Made by a program: the position numbers and the translations under genes. The notes beneath the pieces are model-generated. The model was not told the origin of the DNA and did not search any database. It saw nothing but the letters and a program-made list of their open reading frames with translations. From Gekko japonicus (taxonomy: Eukaryota), in NCBI RefSeq assembly GCF_001447785.1, contig NW_015167538.1, positions 62,001 to 126,000 of the forward strand: a stretch of 64,000 nt of DNA. Reading direction: 5' to 3'. Shown in pieces: positions 47,682 through 59,742 of this stretch (position 1 is the stretch's first letter; the number at the start of each line of letters is the position of its first letter).

Positions 47682-48896
47682 CTGGGCAAGGGACAGAAGA
47701 CGGATAAGAGTTCACCTTGGGCAAAATGAGGCTGGACTGTGGGGGATCTTGCATTAAGACAGGAGACTGGATTTAACCATGGCTGGCTCAGGGATGGATT
47801 GGTTGGTTGATATTGTGCTTTCGGTTGTGTTGCAGTACATGAGATCTAAAAAATGAACCTGCTGTGGGGACAGCGGAACCCGGGATGAATAAATGCAGTG
47901 TGGTATGGTGCTAGCTTTGCTTGCAGGTTAGAATGGCAGAAGAGTGGCTGCCTGTCTGCAAGATCCTTCTACAAGAGCTGGGCTGCTGTTCAGTCCTATC
48001 AGACCACCTTTCCCCCCCAGCACTTCCATCTCAGCCCTACTATTTTCCCGCTTGTAAAATTCAGTTCCAGTCCCATCTTTGTGACCTCTTGTAACCTGTA
48101 CTTGTTTTCTTTGTACAATGCCATTACCCCTTCTAACTCCCTTAGCAATTTTCTTTTGAGTAATACCAACCACCTGAATGCCGTGCCATATGCTCCCTTC
48201 ATATGCATTCCTATATCCTTACTGCTCATACATCCATTGTCTTCTCTCAGTCTCTGATGATCTCAACTGTATTCTAAGGCAGTAATTCTTAACCTGTGAT
48301 CTACAGATCACCAATTAAAAATATTAAAAATATTTAAATATTCAAATATTTAAAATATTGTGAGCTGCCCTCCATCACAAAATTCTGTTTTCCCATATAA
48401 CATAATGAATGATTGCTGTTCTAGAGACATACAATGTCCTGATTTTTCCCCCCTTGGAAATCCGAGTTTCCTTTGTAAATGTGTAACAACAGGGAACGGC
48501 AAATATATAGTAAGATATTGTAACACCAAAAGATATAACTGGCCTTGAGTGAGAAATAAGGCAAGATATACATGTCTAAACAAAGATTTTATTTAAAACA
48601 GTGATGTTTTGAACATCTTTGCTTTCCTGCCTGTATTCTAAATGGGAAACACCCCATAACCTTAAGTTATGCTAAACAATCAACAGTTAAGACTGCTCAT
48701 GGCAGCTTGCCATTGTTTGGCCAAATGCAATTACAAGGAGTTACCATGTCCTGCCAATTCCTTTCCCAACAGCGAAACATTCACGGTGCATTTTCATTTC
48801 CCCCAGTCCCCAATAAATATCTGGGATACAGTGATGAAGCGGGAAAGAACCACATGAAAGGAAGAAAGGGTAAGCATAACAATTGCTGAGTGTTAC

Positions 48897-48985
48897 CTGC
48901 AGTGGTGCCTGCGTTTGGCCAGCCAGAACTCACAATCACAGTTAAAGCAGTGTGAGGCCATGTGGTCTGGAACCCAGCGTGTGAC
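48897..48985 (-). CDS. MTMR4: MTMR4 FYVE domain, first half
   Basis: TTGCAG|GTC ... VTRWVPDHMASHCFNCDCEFWLAKRRHHC-AG|GTAACA; contains the WxxD and R(R/K)HHCR FYVE motifs. Confidence 0.96.
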
Positions 48986-49619
48986 CTGCAAAGAAACCAC
49001 CTTAACATTAGGGCCCACTCTGGCTCTGTTCATTACGTGGCTCAATGTTCTGACCCAGGTATGTTTAAAGGCTTGCTTGGAATCCTTTGGGGCAAGCAAG
49101 AACAAAGGGATGTTTGAAGAATTCAGAAGGGAACACTATAAAGGATGATGGAAGTGGGAAAAGACAAGATGTAGAAGGAACGTTTCACCCAGAGAAAGGG
49201 ACAACATGTTGAACATTTTCAAGCATCTGAAAAGAAGTCGGAAGGAGAACAACTATTCCCCGGAGTAAATAATAAGGAGCTGGGTTAGGCTTGGAACACT
49301 ACACCGTGACGAAATTCTTTATGCATCCAGATCTGACCACTGCCAGAGAAAGGATACTGAAGTGGATGAGACCCATTCACCTGAACTGGAGAATAGTTCT
49401 TGTTAAACGGAGCAAAAAAAGAGACAATCTGTTACACCTGGATTTGAGGAGAGATGGGAAAATAGAAATAACCCTTTGGAAACACACAGCCTATCCTACA
49501 TCGTATCATCCCGCCTCCCGTCTCATCCTACTCCTCTAAAATGGCATCACAGTTAACCCGACAGCACTGGCCACTCTCCAGCATCGCTGCTGGTCATTCC
49601 AAGCAAATGAATAACGTAC

Positions 49620-49730
49620 CTCAGTTTCCCTTTTATCAACAGGCTCCCAGCTGGCTTCAGACAGGCAGTCTTCACTGTGGTCAGAGTAGAAATCCTCATT
49701 TTCACTGCCATCAGATTCCTTGAGACAGGT
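49620..49730 (-). CDS. MTMR4: MTMR4 internal exon
   Basis: TTGCAG|ACC ... TCLKESDGSENEDFYSDHSEDCLSEASWEPVDKRETE|GTACGT; 37 codons. Confidence 0.94.
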
Positions 49731-50602
49731 CTGCAAGGAAGATGAGAATAGTCATTGGCTACTTATTACATGTAGCACATGTTCCCCTCTCTTCTGAACC
49801 TCAGGGCCAAACCACAGATTCAAGTTTTTGATGAGTTGGTGTCCACGGAACCTGGACCCGACTTGGGTTTCCTGCAGCCACACAGCAACTCAGGGAAATG
49901 GCTTGTGAAAAAGGAGAACCCAAACAGCCTTCAAACACTGCTGCCGGGGGAGGAAGGCCTCCTGTCTCCCCGCTCCCCCCCCCAGCCATTTTCCTCATAT
50001 GGAAACAGTGGGGTTTTTTTTGGAGGGGATTATTTCCCTGTTTTTGCTAGTTCACATGGAGTATTCTGTTTACATACAGTAGCATAAATGAGGGAACACC
50101 CCCCCCCCCAACGTTGTTTCAGCATAGGGGGAAAGCTTGGGGAGGGAGATAGGAGCCCACCCCCCAGTTGCATTCCAAGCTTGCCTGGCCTCCCTTTCAT
50201 TTTTTAAAAGCTATGCGCTCTGCCGCTGTTGCGTGGCTTCCGGGAACCTGGATCTACTTAGACAAAAACCCAAAGATGTAATTTGACTGTCAGTTTCCCC
50301 AGTAACCCAACCAGGAAAGACACTTCTCCAACCAACAGGACAGAAGAATGGGAGACAGCAAAAAAGATGCTGCCGTGTATCTTGGAAAATATGCACATGG
50401 TGAAGGAGGAGGAGGAGGAAAAAGTGCTCACAAACAGGAGGAACAGGGAGAAGGAAAGAACTAGGACCTGGCAACCTATATACCTGTCCTGCAGTGCAAG
50501 AAACCTGCATTATTCTAGACTGCGATGTGCTGCTTGCGACCATCAGAGGGGGAAGATTCAGCAGTTGCACACCCTTCCGTCATGCCTGGATCCAGCTGCA
50601 AC

Positions 50603-50808
50603 CAGTGTTCCCTCTAAGCTGAGTTGGTGTGAGCTAGCTCACAGTTTTTTAGCCTCTGGCTCACACATTTTTGTCTTAGCTCAGGAAGGATGGCTCCAGA
50701 GCTAACTGATTTATGCAGCAGACAAATCGCTTGCTCACAACTTTAATGCCGGTAGCTCACAAAGCAGACTTTTTGCTCACAAGACTCCACAGCTTAGAGG
50801 GAACATTG
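50603..50808 (-). mobile_element. hAT MITE family A, copy 5
   Basis: Perfect TSD GCTGCAAC. Confidence 0.92.
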
Positions 50809-51107
50809 GCTGCAACTGAGAACCCCACCACCCTGCCCTCCAGTCAGCAGCTGCCATCACTGTGGACATCAGAGGGAGGTGGGGATCGGCAGCCCAGCAC
50901 CTTTTCTTTGTGCCTGTCTCCAGGCCGTGCCGAGGACCTCCACGCCAAGCAACATTTGGCAGTTCTTTTTAACTAGCATTCATATTGGCTTTTAAGTGCT
51001 GCTGGTTATTTTGGAGGCAATTTTTGGCTGAAAAGCAGGATAAAAGTGCAGTCAATAAGTAAACGGGAGTGGATGGTGGATAAATAGTTTTACCTTTGGG
51101 GTGCATG

Positions 51108-51316
51108 CAGTGTTCCCACTAAGCTGAGTTAGTGTGAGCTAGCTCACAGTTTTTTTAGCCTCCGGCTCGCACGTTTTTTTCTCTTAACTCAGAAAGGATG
51201 GTTCCAGAGCAAACTAATTTATGCAGTAGCCAAATTGCTCACTCACAACTTTAATGCCAGTAGCTCACAAAGTACAATTTTTGCTCACAGGACTCCACAG
51301 CTTAGAGGGAGCATTG
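51108..51316 (-). mobile_element. hAT MITE family A, copy 6
   Basis: TIRs present; TSD ggtgcatg/ggcacatg. Confidence 0.88.
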
Positions 51317-51448
51317 GGCACATGTGTGTATGGAGATGGGCTGATAAGTCCTTTGGTCCTTTTAATCTATGATTCTAGGACTGACTGCCTTCGCTAAGCA
51401 AAACCCGGGGGGGGGGGGGGGGGCCCCCGGGGGGGGGCCTTCACTTAC

Positions 51449-52667
51449 GAAGTCGTCTTCATAGTCCATCGGTGGTTCAGCCGGAGGTGCGTAGCAATGG
51501 CGGATGTCCAGTCGCAGCTGCAACTCTCGCACCTGCCTGCGCAGCTGCTCCACCTCCTGCTTGTAGGTGGCTTCGATCTGCCGTAGCCGGTGCTGGATCA
51601 CATCCGTGGGGAAGGGGAGCCCGTCGTCGTCTAGGTAGAGGGGAGGCACTGGGGAAGGGCTGTTGGGAGGTGCGGGCTTGGTGCCGAGCGCCTGCTTCAA
51701 ATGGCAGGGGAGCCACAGCCTGCTGGATTTTGCGGCGAGGCCTGTGCAGTGTGTGCCAGAATGGCCTGAGCAGGCTGGGGGCTTTGCACCTTCTTTCACC
51801 GGCCACTGGCCACTGAGACACAGTCCAGACGTCCAGAAGGGCCTGCCAATCAGCCTCTTGTTACAGCAGCCGTAGGAGAAGAGCCGCCGAGGACCCGCGT
51901 CACCCCCAGGAAGTGAAGTCCCCATCCCCTGAAAACTGTCCCAGTTGGCTCCTAGAAGAGAGAATTCGCTGGTCTGGCTCTGCGAGATTCCTTTTCGCCA
52001 CCACTCCGGAGGAGTTTTCCCCATCTGGCTACCTTCTTCTCCATGCCTGGCACAGCTGCTTTTGCCGTCCTCCTCATTTTGGTACCCTGGAGCATCCTGT
52101 TTCGGGACGCTAGGGACTGGCGGGTTCCAAATGGGAGTACATGCTGAAGGCTGGAGGGAAGGTTCCGCCAAGTCCCAAGCACCATTGGATTCCAAGCCAA
52201 GGCCTTTCACATTGTTGCAGGGAGACGGCTCCGACTCCTCCTCTGTTCTGACCAAATCCTTCGAGAGTTTCTTTCGCCCCAAAGCACTTTGTGCTGGGCA
52301 GATGCCTTCTGCCACTGCTGGACTAGCTTCATTAACTGTTACCACCTCTGGAAAGATGCAGTTTGATTTCTGCGTCTCCCCATTCACCTGCAGCGTATGT
52401 GGCTGATCGATTCTGTCACTGTTGGAGCTGCAAGTCTCAGCTGGCTGTGGGGGATGGAGTTCCTGCTGCTCAGGCACCGGAGATGGCTCCTCTCTTGCGC
52501 TCTCGTTGCCCGCCGCTGCCTCCTCAGCATTAGGATGCCTGGGCTCCAATCCTACCCTGACATCTTGACAGTGGTTGTTAAGATTTGGATCACTCGATGT
52601 GCGGGTCAGCAGGCTGCCAGGATCACAGGCTGAGAGCAGGTCATCCATGGATCTTGTCTTTGGTAAC
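51449..52667 (-). CDS. MTMR4: MTMR4 large exon (linker, PPxY motif PPLY at 51635-51646, coiled coil)
   Basis: TTTTAG|G ... LPKTRSMDDLLSACD...RTSSDPNLNNHCQ...SPVPPLYLDDDGLPFPTDVIQHRLRQIEATYKQEVEQLRRQVRELQ...PPMDYEDDF|GTAAGT; 1219 nt. Confidence 0.95.
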
Positions 52668-53116
52668 CTAAAACCACAAGACATAGTTGAGGAGGTATCA
52701 CAGACTGGGCACTTACTCCCTAAGGAGGTCCTCACAGAGCCGAAACTGGGTGGCCACCATCACCCTCTAGATGCAGCCCTGCTAACTGGCTCCTGGTCTC
52801 AAAATAAATCTTCACAGCTGAAACAGCAGAACAGAACACAGCCTGACATGGCTGTGAAAGTCTAATATCACCTAGAGACCTCTTTCCCAGATGCAAATGC
52901 TCAGTACACCTGCAATTAAGGCCATGTGCCTCAAGATGAACAGGAAAAGCTCAGTATTACTGGAGAGGCCCTCCAGTCCATCTAATGTCATTTCAAAATG
53001 TGCATAACAAAGCCCCTTGTCCAAAACAAACCCAGCAGGCATCATGTGGCGGAGTGGGAAATCGAACTCCAGTTAGAATCTGCCTTAACCACTACACTGG
53101 CTTCTCAGTATCTCAG

Positions 53117-53410
53117 GAAGAAGAAGATGAAGAGAAGAAGAGATTGGATTTATACCCTGCTCTTCACTGCCCGAAGGAGTCTTAGAGCGGCTTACAAACT
53201 CTTTTCCCTTCCCCTCCCTGCAACAGACACCCTGTGAGGTAGGTGGGGCTGAGAGAGCTCTTTCGAGAACTGCTTGTGAGAGAACAGCTCTGAAAGAACT
53301 TATGACTGACCCAAGGTCACACTAGCAGCTGCATGTGGAGGAGTGGGGAATCAAACCTGGTTCTCCCAGATCAGAGTCCGCGCTCCTACCCACTGCACCA
53401 AACTGGCTCT
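53117..53410 (-). mobile_element. Squam3-like (MIR/Ther1-derived CORE) SINE
   Basis: tRNA head AGAGCCAGTTTGGTGCAGTGG...GGTTTGATTCCCC, CORE-like GTGACCTTGGGTCAGTCA, L2-like tail and (CTT)n end. Confidence 0.8.
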
Positions 53411-53442
53411 TGACTGACAAAATTGGGCTCACTTTCTCCTAC

Positions 53443-53597
53443 CTGTCAAGAGATCGGCTGCTAAATTCCTGGCATTGAGATCCAGAAGGCATGTAAAGGT
53501 CCATGCCCTCTTCTCCGAGAGGACACGGAGATGATGCTGGGAGATACACTGCTGTCCAGAGGTGCAGTGCACGCACATGGCACACTGGATGCAGCAC
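53443..53597 (-). CDS. MTMR4: MTMR4 internal exon (absent from the ORF track)
   Basis: GGCAG|GTG ... VLHPVCHVRALHLWTAVYLPASSPCPLGEEGMDLYMPSGSQCQEFSSRSLD-AG|GTAGGA; phase 0 to 2. Confidence 0.93.
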
Positions 53598-53685
53598 CTG
53601 CCATGGGAGGAGAACAGACTCAGAAACAGAGCAGAAAACCTTCCCCTTTTCTCAAGCCTTCCTCCATGGGTGGTGTACCACTCAC

Positions 53686-53856
53686 CTGCTCATTTCCAGG
53701 CATGTAGAGCAGATTGTGGAAATTCTTGTTGCCAGCTCTCAGAAGGGACCACACAGAACAGGTGCGCTTGGCAATGTTGTGCATCTCTCGCTCACAAGGG
53801 CTGTTTCCAAGGAAGGTCCCATAAAGGCAGGAGTACGTGTGTTGCACCAATTTCAC
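53686..53856 (-). CDS. MTMR4: MTMR4 internal exon
   Basis: CCGCAG|GTG ... VKLVQHTYSCLYGTFLGNSPCEREMHNIAKRTCSVWSLLRAGNKNFHNLLYMPGNEQ|GTGAGT; followed by an 88-bp intron. Confidence 0.95.
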
Positions 53857-54869
53857 CTGCGGAATCAAGAGAAATCACTTTAGGGCTTTGATGCAACTCC
53901 CATAAGAGTCTTTAAGAGTGCTTTTTTAACTTTCTGGTTTTAAAAATATTAACCACATAAGCCTTTGAACACAGTGGACACCAAATCAAACAAAAAATAC
54001 AAGAGATCATGAATGATTACTTTGGAAGCTTGCTGGATTATCGTTTATCTGAATTTATGCATAACAACAACATACTTAGGATTTATACAGCGCTTTCTCT
54101 GCCTGGTGATTCAGATACATTATAATGTTGTAATCGGTACACCAGCCCAGAAAAGTAGGCCACTATTTTTATTTGCATGTTTCAGACTGGTGATTAAGTG
54201 GGGATTGACCAGGAAGTGGCTTGCCTGAGGCCACCTGGTGAGTTCATGGCAGAGGTGACAGCTGAAGTAGTGGAACAATCACACCTGTGCTATTACAGCT
54301 CATGACCAAGGGCCTATCCTGAAACCGCATGCTGTTAAGTGCAATTTATATATGAAAAGAGAAGAAAGTGCAACATACTATTACACATAGTCTTGGGCTC
54401 TTGTTAATTATTGTGTGTGCTTAGCTCAATTAATACCTTCCTGTGGTCAATGGAATCACACACATTCCAGTGCACAGTTCTCTCTTGCCAAATCAATCCA
54501 GATATCTTACAGCAAAGCCTTTTTCATATTTTGATTCCAGGACCCAACAGTTTTGCTGTAGCCATCTTTGGCTGAGAGAGAACCTTAGGCCTCCGAAGAG
54601 CCTGTGGAGTACACACACACACAAACACCCAGATGGCACCTTTATTTCACACAACCAACAGAGGCCCACACAGGAACACTAGAGGCTGGCTGCAAGGAGA
54701 CAAAAGCTGAACTCACTGATTGAAGGAAAAGCAAACTACTGCAGAACATTTAACACCACCACAGTCACAGCAGTAGTCATGGTCAAGCTCTAGTCTCCAA
54801 AGGGAGCTGTTAGATGTCACGCCTGGTCTCCCACTAGAAAAGCCAGCCTCAGTGCAAGCTCGCTCTTAC

Positions 54870-55055
54870 CAAGAAAGCTTCGTTGAATTCAAAAAGGCAG
54901 GGGAATTGCTTGAGCAGCTGATGTACAGAATCCAGCCACTGCAGAAACACGGGGCACTGCTCGTTCTGATCTTCTGCCTTTTCCTGGTGGCCACAGCGAT
55001 CCCCAAACTTGTGGCCAAAATCCAGCCAGTCTGATTCAACCAACACCTGGAAACC
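54870..55055 (-). CDS. MTMR4: MTMR4 internal exon
   Basis: GGCAG|GGT ... GFQVLVESDWLDFGHKFGDRCGHQE...PVFLQWLDSVHQLLKQFPCLFEFNEAFL|GTAAGA; 62 codons. Confidence 0.96.
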
Positions 55056-55413
55056 CTGCCAGCAAAAGGAATTTAAGAAATTCAGCACCCTGTGCCCTTT
55101 GAGCATGCCATCACAGAAAAGGCTGGAGGCTTTATAGTTCCTTTAGAAGCATCTCTTCCCCTGCTCGGGTCATAAGACCTCAGATCCCTTCAGTGGACTC
55201 CCTGCACTTCTACAGCCAGCATAACTTGCCTTCTTTCTACCTTTAGAGCTCTCCACAGCCATGTCCTATTTTTCAGCCCTTCTTTTCCGTTACATCTTTG
55301 CCCATCTCCTCCATTCTTCCAGTTCAGTCACCCCAAGGCCCTTTCCTTTTTTAATACAATTACACCCATTCTCCCTAAGTGTAAGTAGTACCCTCCCTAT
55401 GTGTAAGTAGCAC

Positions 55414-55830
55414 CAGGGGTCATTTCCTGCAGGAGCGCACAGGAGCGGAGCTCCGGCAGTAAAGAGCTCAGGGGGCGGGCACATGCAACAAGCCCCGCCC
55501 CCTGCTCCCAGCAGCCCTCAGTTAGAGCAAGAAGCAGCCAGGTAAGTTTCAGAGCTCCCCCCGGCCCCCCAGTCCAAAACAGTCCAGTGGCACCTTTAAG
55601 ACCAAGTTTTATTCAGGTACAAGCTCTCCTTCCTCTGTGAGGACAGATCTGCACGTTCCCCCCCCCCCCAATAGCTAGCAATCCAAATCAGTCCAGTGGA
55701 GCCTGAGCGGTGGGTGTTGCCTTCTGACACACTTCCAGTGATGTCAGGGGGTGCGGCATATGCAAATAAGTTATGCTAATGAGTTATGCTAATGAGCTCC
55801 TGCACCTCTTTTTCTAGGAAATGACCCCTG
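55414..55830 (-). mobile_element. hAT family C copy
   Basis: TIRs CAGGGGTCATTTCCT...AGGAAATGACCCCTG; TSD agtagcac/agtagtac; ATGCTAAT repeats near the right end. Confidence 0.87.
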
Positions 55831-56116
55831 AGTAGTACCATCCTTCAAATCCTCTTCAAAACCCAACCTTTCTAAAAAGCCCTCTGGCTAACCCCCCCGT
55901 CCTCATCTCAGCTGCAACTGTATCACTGCCTCTACTTACACCCATCCTTCGTTATCTTCACCTTCCTTCCCTCCCCTGTTTATTTATTTCCATTTTATTT
56001 ATTTATTTATTGGGTTTCTATCCCGCCCTCCCCGCGAACGGGCTCAGGGCGGCTTACATTTAAAGGCACCATGTGCCAGAGTATTTTCTTCCAGGTGTTG
56101 TCTTCCCTAGTGTCTA

Positions 56117-56335
56117 CTGGTGGTGGAAAGTGCCATCAAGTCACCAATGACCTATGGTGACCCCGTAGGATTTCAAGGCAAGAGATGTTCAAGGTGGTTC
56201 GCCATGGCCTGCCTCCATGTCGCTACCCCGGTACTCCTTGGTGGTCCCCTAACCAAATGCTAGCCAGAGCCGACCCCCTACTTAGCTTCTGAGATCTGAC
56301 GAGATCGGGCTAGCCTGGGCCATCCAGGTCAGGGC
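56117..56335 (-). mobile_element. 5S rRNA-derived SINE
   Basis: GCCCTGACCTGGATGGCCCAGGCTAGCCCGATCTCGTCAGATCTCAGAAGCTAAG head plus the shared tail. Confidence 0.8.
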
Positions 56336-56598
56336 ACTGTCTATTAAGAGTCAGGAATTATTGCTGAAACAAACTTGATAAGCCAACCAAAGTCTATTTA
56401 AAAAAAAAACATGTGGCCTACTGCTTGTTCAGCTGAAAATCCCAAATGGAAAGGATGGTCATTCTTGCTTTACAGAAAGACACAGGCCTTTGCTAGAAGA
56501 TGAATACTCCCACCCTCCTACAAGGATCTGTTAAATTAGCCAGCACAGATGACATCCAAAGGGACAAGGAAGCAACATAAAAACAAGGAAGACTATAC

Positions 56599-56953
56599 CA
56601 GAGGTCCCCAGCATGGTACCCATGGGTGCCAACCTATTTTTCCTGGCAACTGTCTGTCCCCCAAAGCAAAGATTCCCCCATAACCAGCTTTCCTCCACAT
56701 CACTGGAGGAGTAGGTGCTTCAGAAGAGCCAAAGAGACATCATCTTCATGTCTGCAGGTTGTTCTCATTTGGAAACAGCTGCTTTCATTACAGAAGGATG
56801 CTTGGCTTGCAGGCTCCCATCATTTGGCTGCTGGACCCAGTCCCCATGGCAGCCATTTTGTCATTGGTCCCATGGCAGCCATTTTGTTGCAGCCCTCTTA
56901 TCTTGTTTTCAAAATTTAAAAAGTGTTCAAAGATTTGACAAAGTTGGAGACTC
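56599..56953. mobile_element. hAT-Charlie-like element
   Basis: CAGAGGTCCCCAGC...GTTGGAGACTC ends; internal duplication of CCCATGGCAGCCATTTTGT. Confidence 0.6.
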
Positions 56954-57159
56954 CCATGCTCCCTCTAAGCTAGTGGAGTCTTGTGAGCAAAAATCCTACT
57001 TTGTGAGCTACTGACAATAAAGTTGTGAGCGAGTGATTTGGCTACTGCATAAATTAGTTTGCTCTGGAGCCATCCTTCCTGAGCTAAGACAAAAATGTGT
57101 GAGAAGGAGGCTAAAAAACTGTGAGCTAGCTCACACTAACTCAGCTTGGGGGAACACTG
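56954..57159 (+). mobile_element. hAT MITE family A, copy 7, abutting another hAT-like element
   Basis: Body matches family A; left end degraded and no clean TSD. Confidence 0.8.
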
Positions 57160-57224
57160 GTATACACGCATACACACATAAGTTCTTTCAAACTGTCCAA
57201 TCCAATATGACAGTGGCACTCTAC

Positions 57225-57420
57225 CTCCATGGTCCTGTAATAAGGGTCCAGAAGAATCTTTGCCAGGGCAACGATCTGGGGAGTTCTGTCCCAGCCATCT
57301 GAGCAGTGGATAAGCACAGGGCGCCCTTCGCGGTCTACGGCGTTCGAGACCAACACAGCTGCTTTCAGCATGACAGAGAGGTGCTGCAGCCATTTGGTGC
57401 TCTCTAGAGCTGACAGCCAG
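57225..57420 (-). CDS. MTMR4: MTMR4 catalytic exon (CX5R motif HCSDGWDRT at 57282-57308)
   Basis: TTTCAG|C ... WLSALESTKWLQHLSVMLKAAVLVSNAVDREGRPVLIHCSDGWDRTPQIVALAKILLDPYYRTME|GTAGAG. Intact myotubularin active site. Confidence 0.97.
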
Positions 57421-58109
57421 CTGAAAGGTACACATGTGAAGGGGAGAACGTTAAGCCTGTGAATGACATAAGGAATCACTGAAGCCTTCAGAAGTGGAAA
57501 GAGAGGATTTCAGACCCAACTCTGGGTATAAAAGTCAACTGCACAGAAGGTTTTTACTTAGAGCGACAGACTATACTGTCTTCATTATTTTTTTCAGGGA
57601 GAAAAGAGATGTAACCCTTGTAACCATTTCAGTACCAAGTACCAACAAGTGCAAGGAGCCTAACACAACACAGGAAACTCCCTTCCAGCCCTTTAAATGA
57701 CCAGCCCTCAATAAGGTAGGAAAAAGCATTTCCATGGCAACCAGTGAAAAGAAGGGTGATGGGCTGAGGCAGGAAAAGGGCAGGGAGACAGCTGCTGACA
57801 GGGAAGTGGTCAACACAGGGGCGTCGCCAGCCTGTGTCAAATGTACATGTGAGAGGCGGACCGTGTTTGAAAAGGAATGAAGAGGAGGAGACAACAGAAG
57901 TTAGGCAAAACAGCATGTGGTGTAAAAGGCAGACCGGCAGAACTGGGCCAGTGAGAATTGGGTTCAAATCCTTGCGCCGCCGTTAAGTTCAAATAGGTAA
58001 CCTTGAGCCAGTCACAGTCTCAGGGTTGTTGTGCAGATAAATAGGGAAGAAATTACATGAACATCGTCCTGAAAAGAGGCAGTAGAAAATATTCTGAAAG
58101 TAAGTGGAT

Positions 58110-58530
58110 CCTTGCTGGGTCAGACCAAAGGCCCATCTAGTCCAGCATCCTGTTACCAGCAGTCACCAACTAGATGCCCCTGTTAAGTTCACGAGCAAGG
58201 CATGAAGGCAACAGTCCCACCCCCCCTCACAGAGGTTCCATTGAGCCATCATCGCTGATCACAGACCAGTGGTCTCCTGTGAATTTCTCTAATCCCCCTC
58301 TAAAGCCCCCTAAGCTAGCAGCCACAGCCTGCAGCAGTACATTCCATACATTCTTTTAAAAGAATTCATCTTGTCTGATCCAAACCTACTGCCTTCGGTT
58401 TCTTGGGATATCCCTGAGTTCCAGTTTTACAAGAGAGGAAGGGGGGGGGAAATCTCTCTATTCACTCCCTCCATGCCATTCATAACTTTATAAGACTTCA
58501 TTGTATTTCCAACCCTTAGCTGTCTTTTTT
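58110..58530 (-). mobile_element. Degenerate CR1 3' fragment
   Basis: TCAGACCAAAGGCCCATCTAGTCCAGCATCCTG is the reverse complement of a CR1 3'UTR; boundaries approximate. Confidence 0.6.
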
Positions 58531-58757
58531 AAATATGTAAAAACATTTCTGTACCTATCCAAAGCTTAAAGAGCACAGGCATGCTCTCCAGGCAGAATGG
58601 ATTCTTTGTTTACATTGAGATCCCCATTTTCTGAGTCCTGCCAGCAGGAAGGAATGCATGCTGAGAGTCCCATCCTGGCCAGGGCCCCCTGATCTGGAAG
58701 CAAGGGATCAGCCGACAGTGAAATGGGAACGCTGGCTGCAATGGTCTGCCCACTTAC

Positions 58758-58869
58758 TTGCTGGGATCTGGCATCTGACTGCAAACTGCCCGCAGGTACT
58801 GGAAGCTGTTTCGGATAGAGTGGATGTTGGCCATGCCCATGAACACCACTTCGCAGTTTGGGTAATACT
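58758..58869 (-). CDS. MTMR4: MTMR4 internal exon
   Basis: TTTCAG|AG ... EYYPNCEVVFMGMANIHSIRNSFQYLRAVCSQMPDPS ... AA|GTAAGT; phase 1 to 2. Confidence 0.95.
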
Positions 58870-59460
58870 CTGAAACACAACATGGATTGAGAGATAAGCC
58901 GGCTGCCAGCCTTTAGTGTCGGAGGGAGCATTTCGCGGCAGAACTTTAACCAGAAGTTAACGGACAGGCCCTCCGATCCCTGACTTGATCATGAGAAACA
59001 GCAGGACGCACGGTGCATGGGTGGTAAATAAGTGCATAGCTGCTTTATGAGAAGGAGTGGATAAGTTTCCTGAAAGGATGCCTTGCGGTACCTTTTAGTC
59101 CGATCACTCACAAACTTAAGAAGGCATCCCCTCTGAACCCTCAGCCCCCTAAATCGAGAAGCTCACAGAAGGAGGAAGTCGTAGGGTGGGGATACGAGAG
59201 TGAAGTGGCTGGGTTATTGTTCATGGCTCCACCCCTTATGTGCCCTTGGGGTCCAAGCAGGGTTATATATATTTTATTTATTTATTTATTTATTTGTTCA
59301 ACTTTTATCCCACCCTTCCACAGAAGCGGCTCAGGGCGGCTCACAACATTAATAAAACCAACATAGATATAACATTAATCCATAAACCAACTTACATAAA
59401 TACAATAAATATAAGTAAAAGCGGTTCGGTAAATCATTACGTGCACCATGAAACTTGTAC

Positions 59461-59589
59461 CTTCGCATTCGCAGCCTCCTCCCTTGGCTCTGTTGGCAAC
59501 AGCCGCTGTATAAGACCGGGCATCCAAGATCAACAGTTTTTGCGGCGTTGCTGAACTCTCCACACTTGAACCTGCTGTCAGTGATGAAT
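59461..59589 (-). CDS. MTMR4: MTMR4 internal exon
   Basis: TTGCAG|AT ... DSSLTAGSSVESSATPQKLLILDARSYTAAVANRAKGGGCECE ... G|GTACAA; phase 1 to 1. Confidence 0.94.
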
Positions 59590-59742
59590 CTGCAAAGAAA
59601 GAAGTCTGAATTCTCCAGTCCCTTGAATGAGTGCCGCGCTACAAAGTCTGTCCTGCAAGCAACACTCAACTCAGAGAACAGCTGAAGCAAACACAGGACT
59701 GAGAAGACCTGTGGAATAACTAGGATAACCCACATTATCTTA

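Noticed and set aside
46363-47757. Several ORFs of about 200 aa over the MTMR4 3'UTR and last exon
   Set aside because: Antisense or UTR frames with no recognisable protein features.
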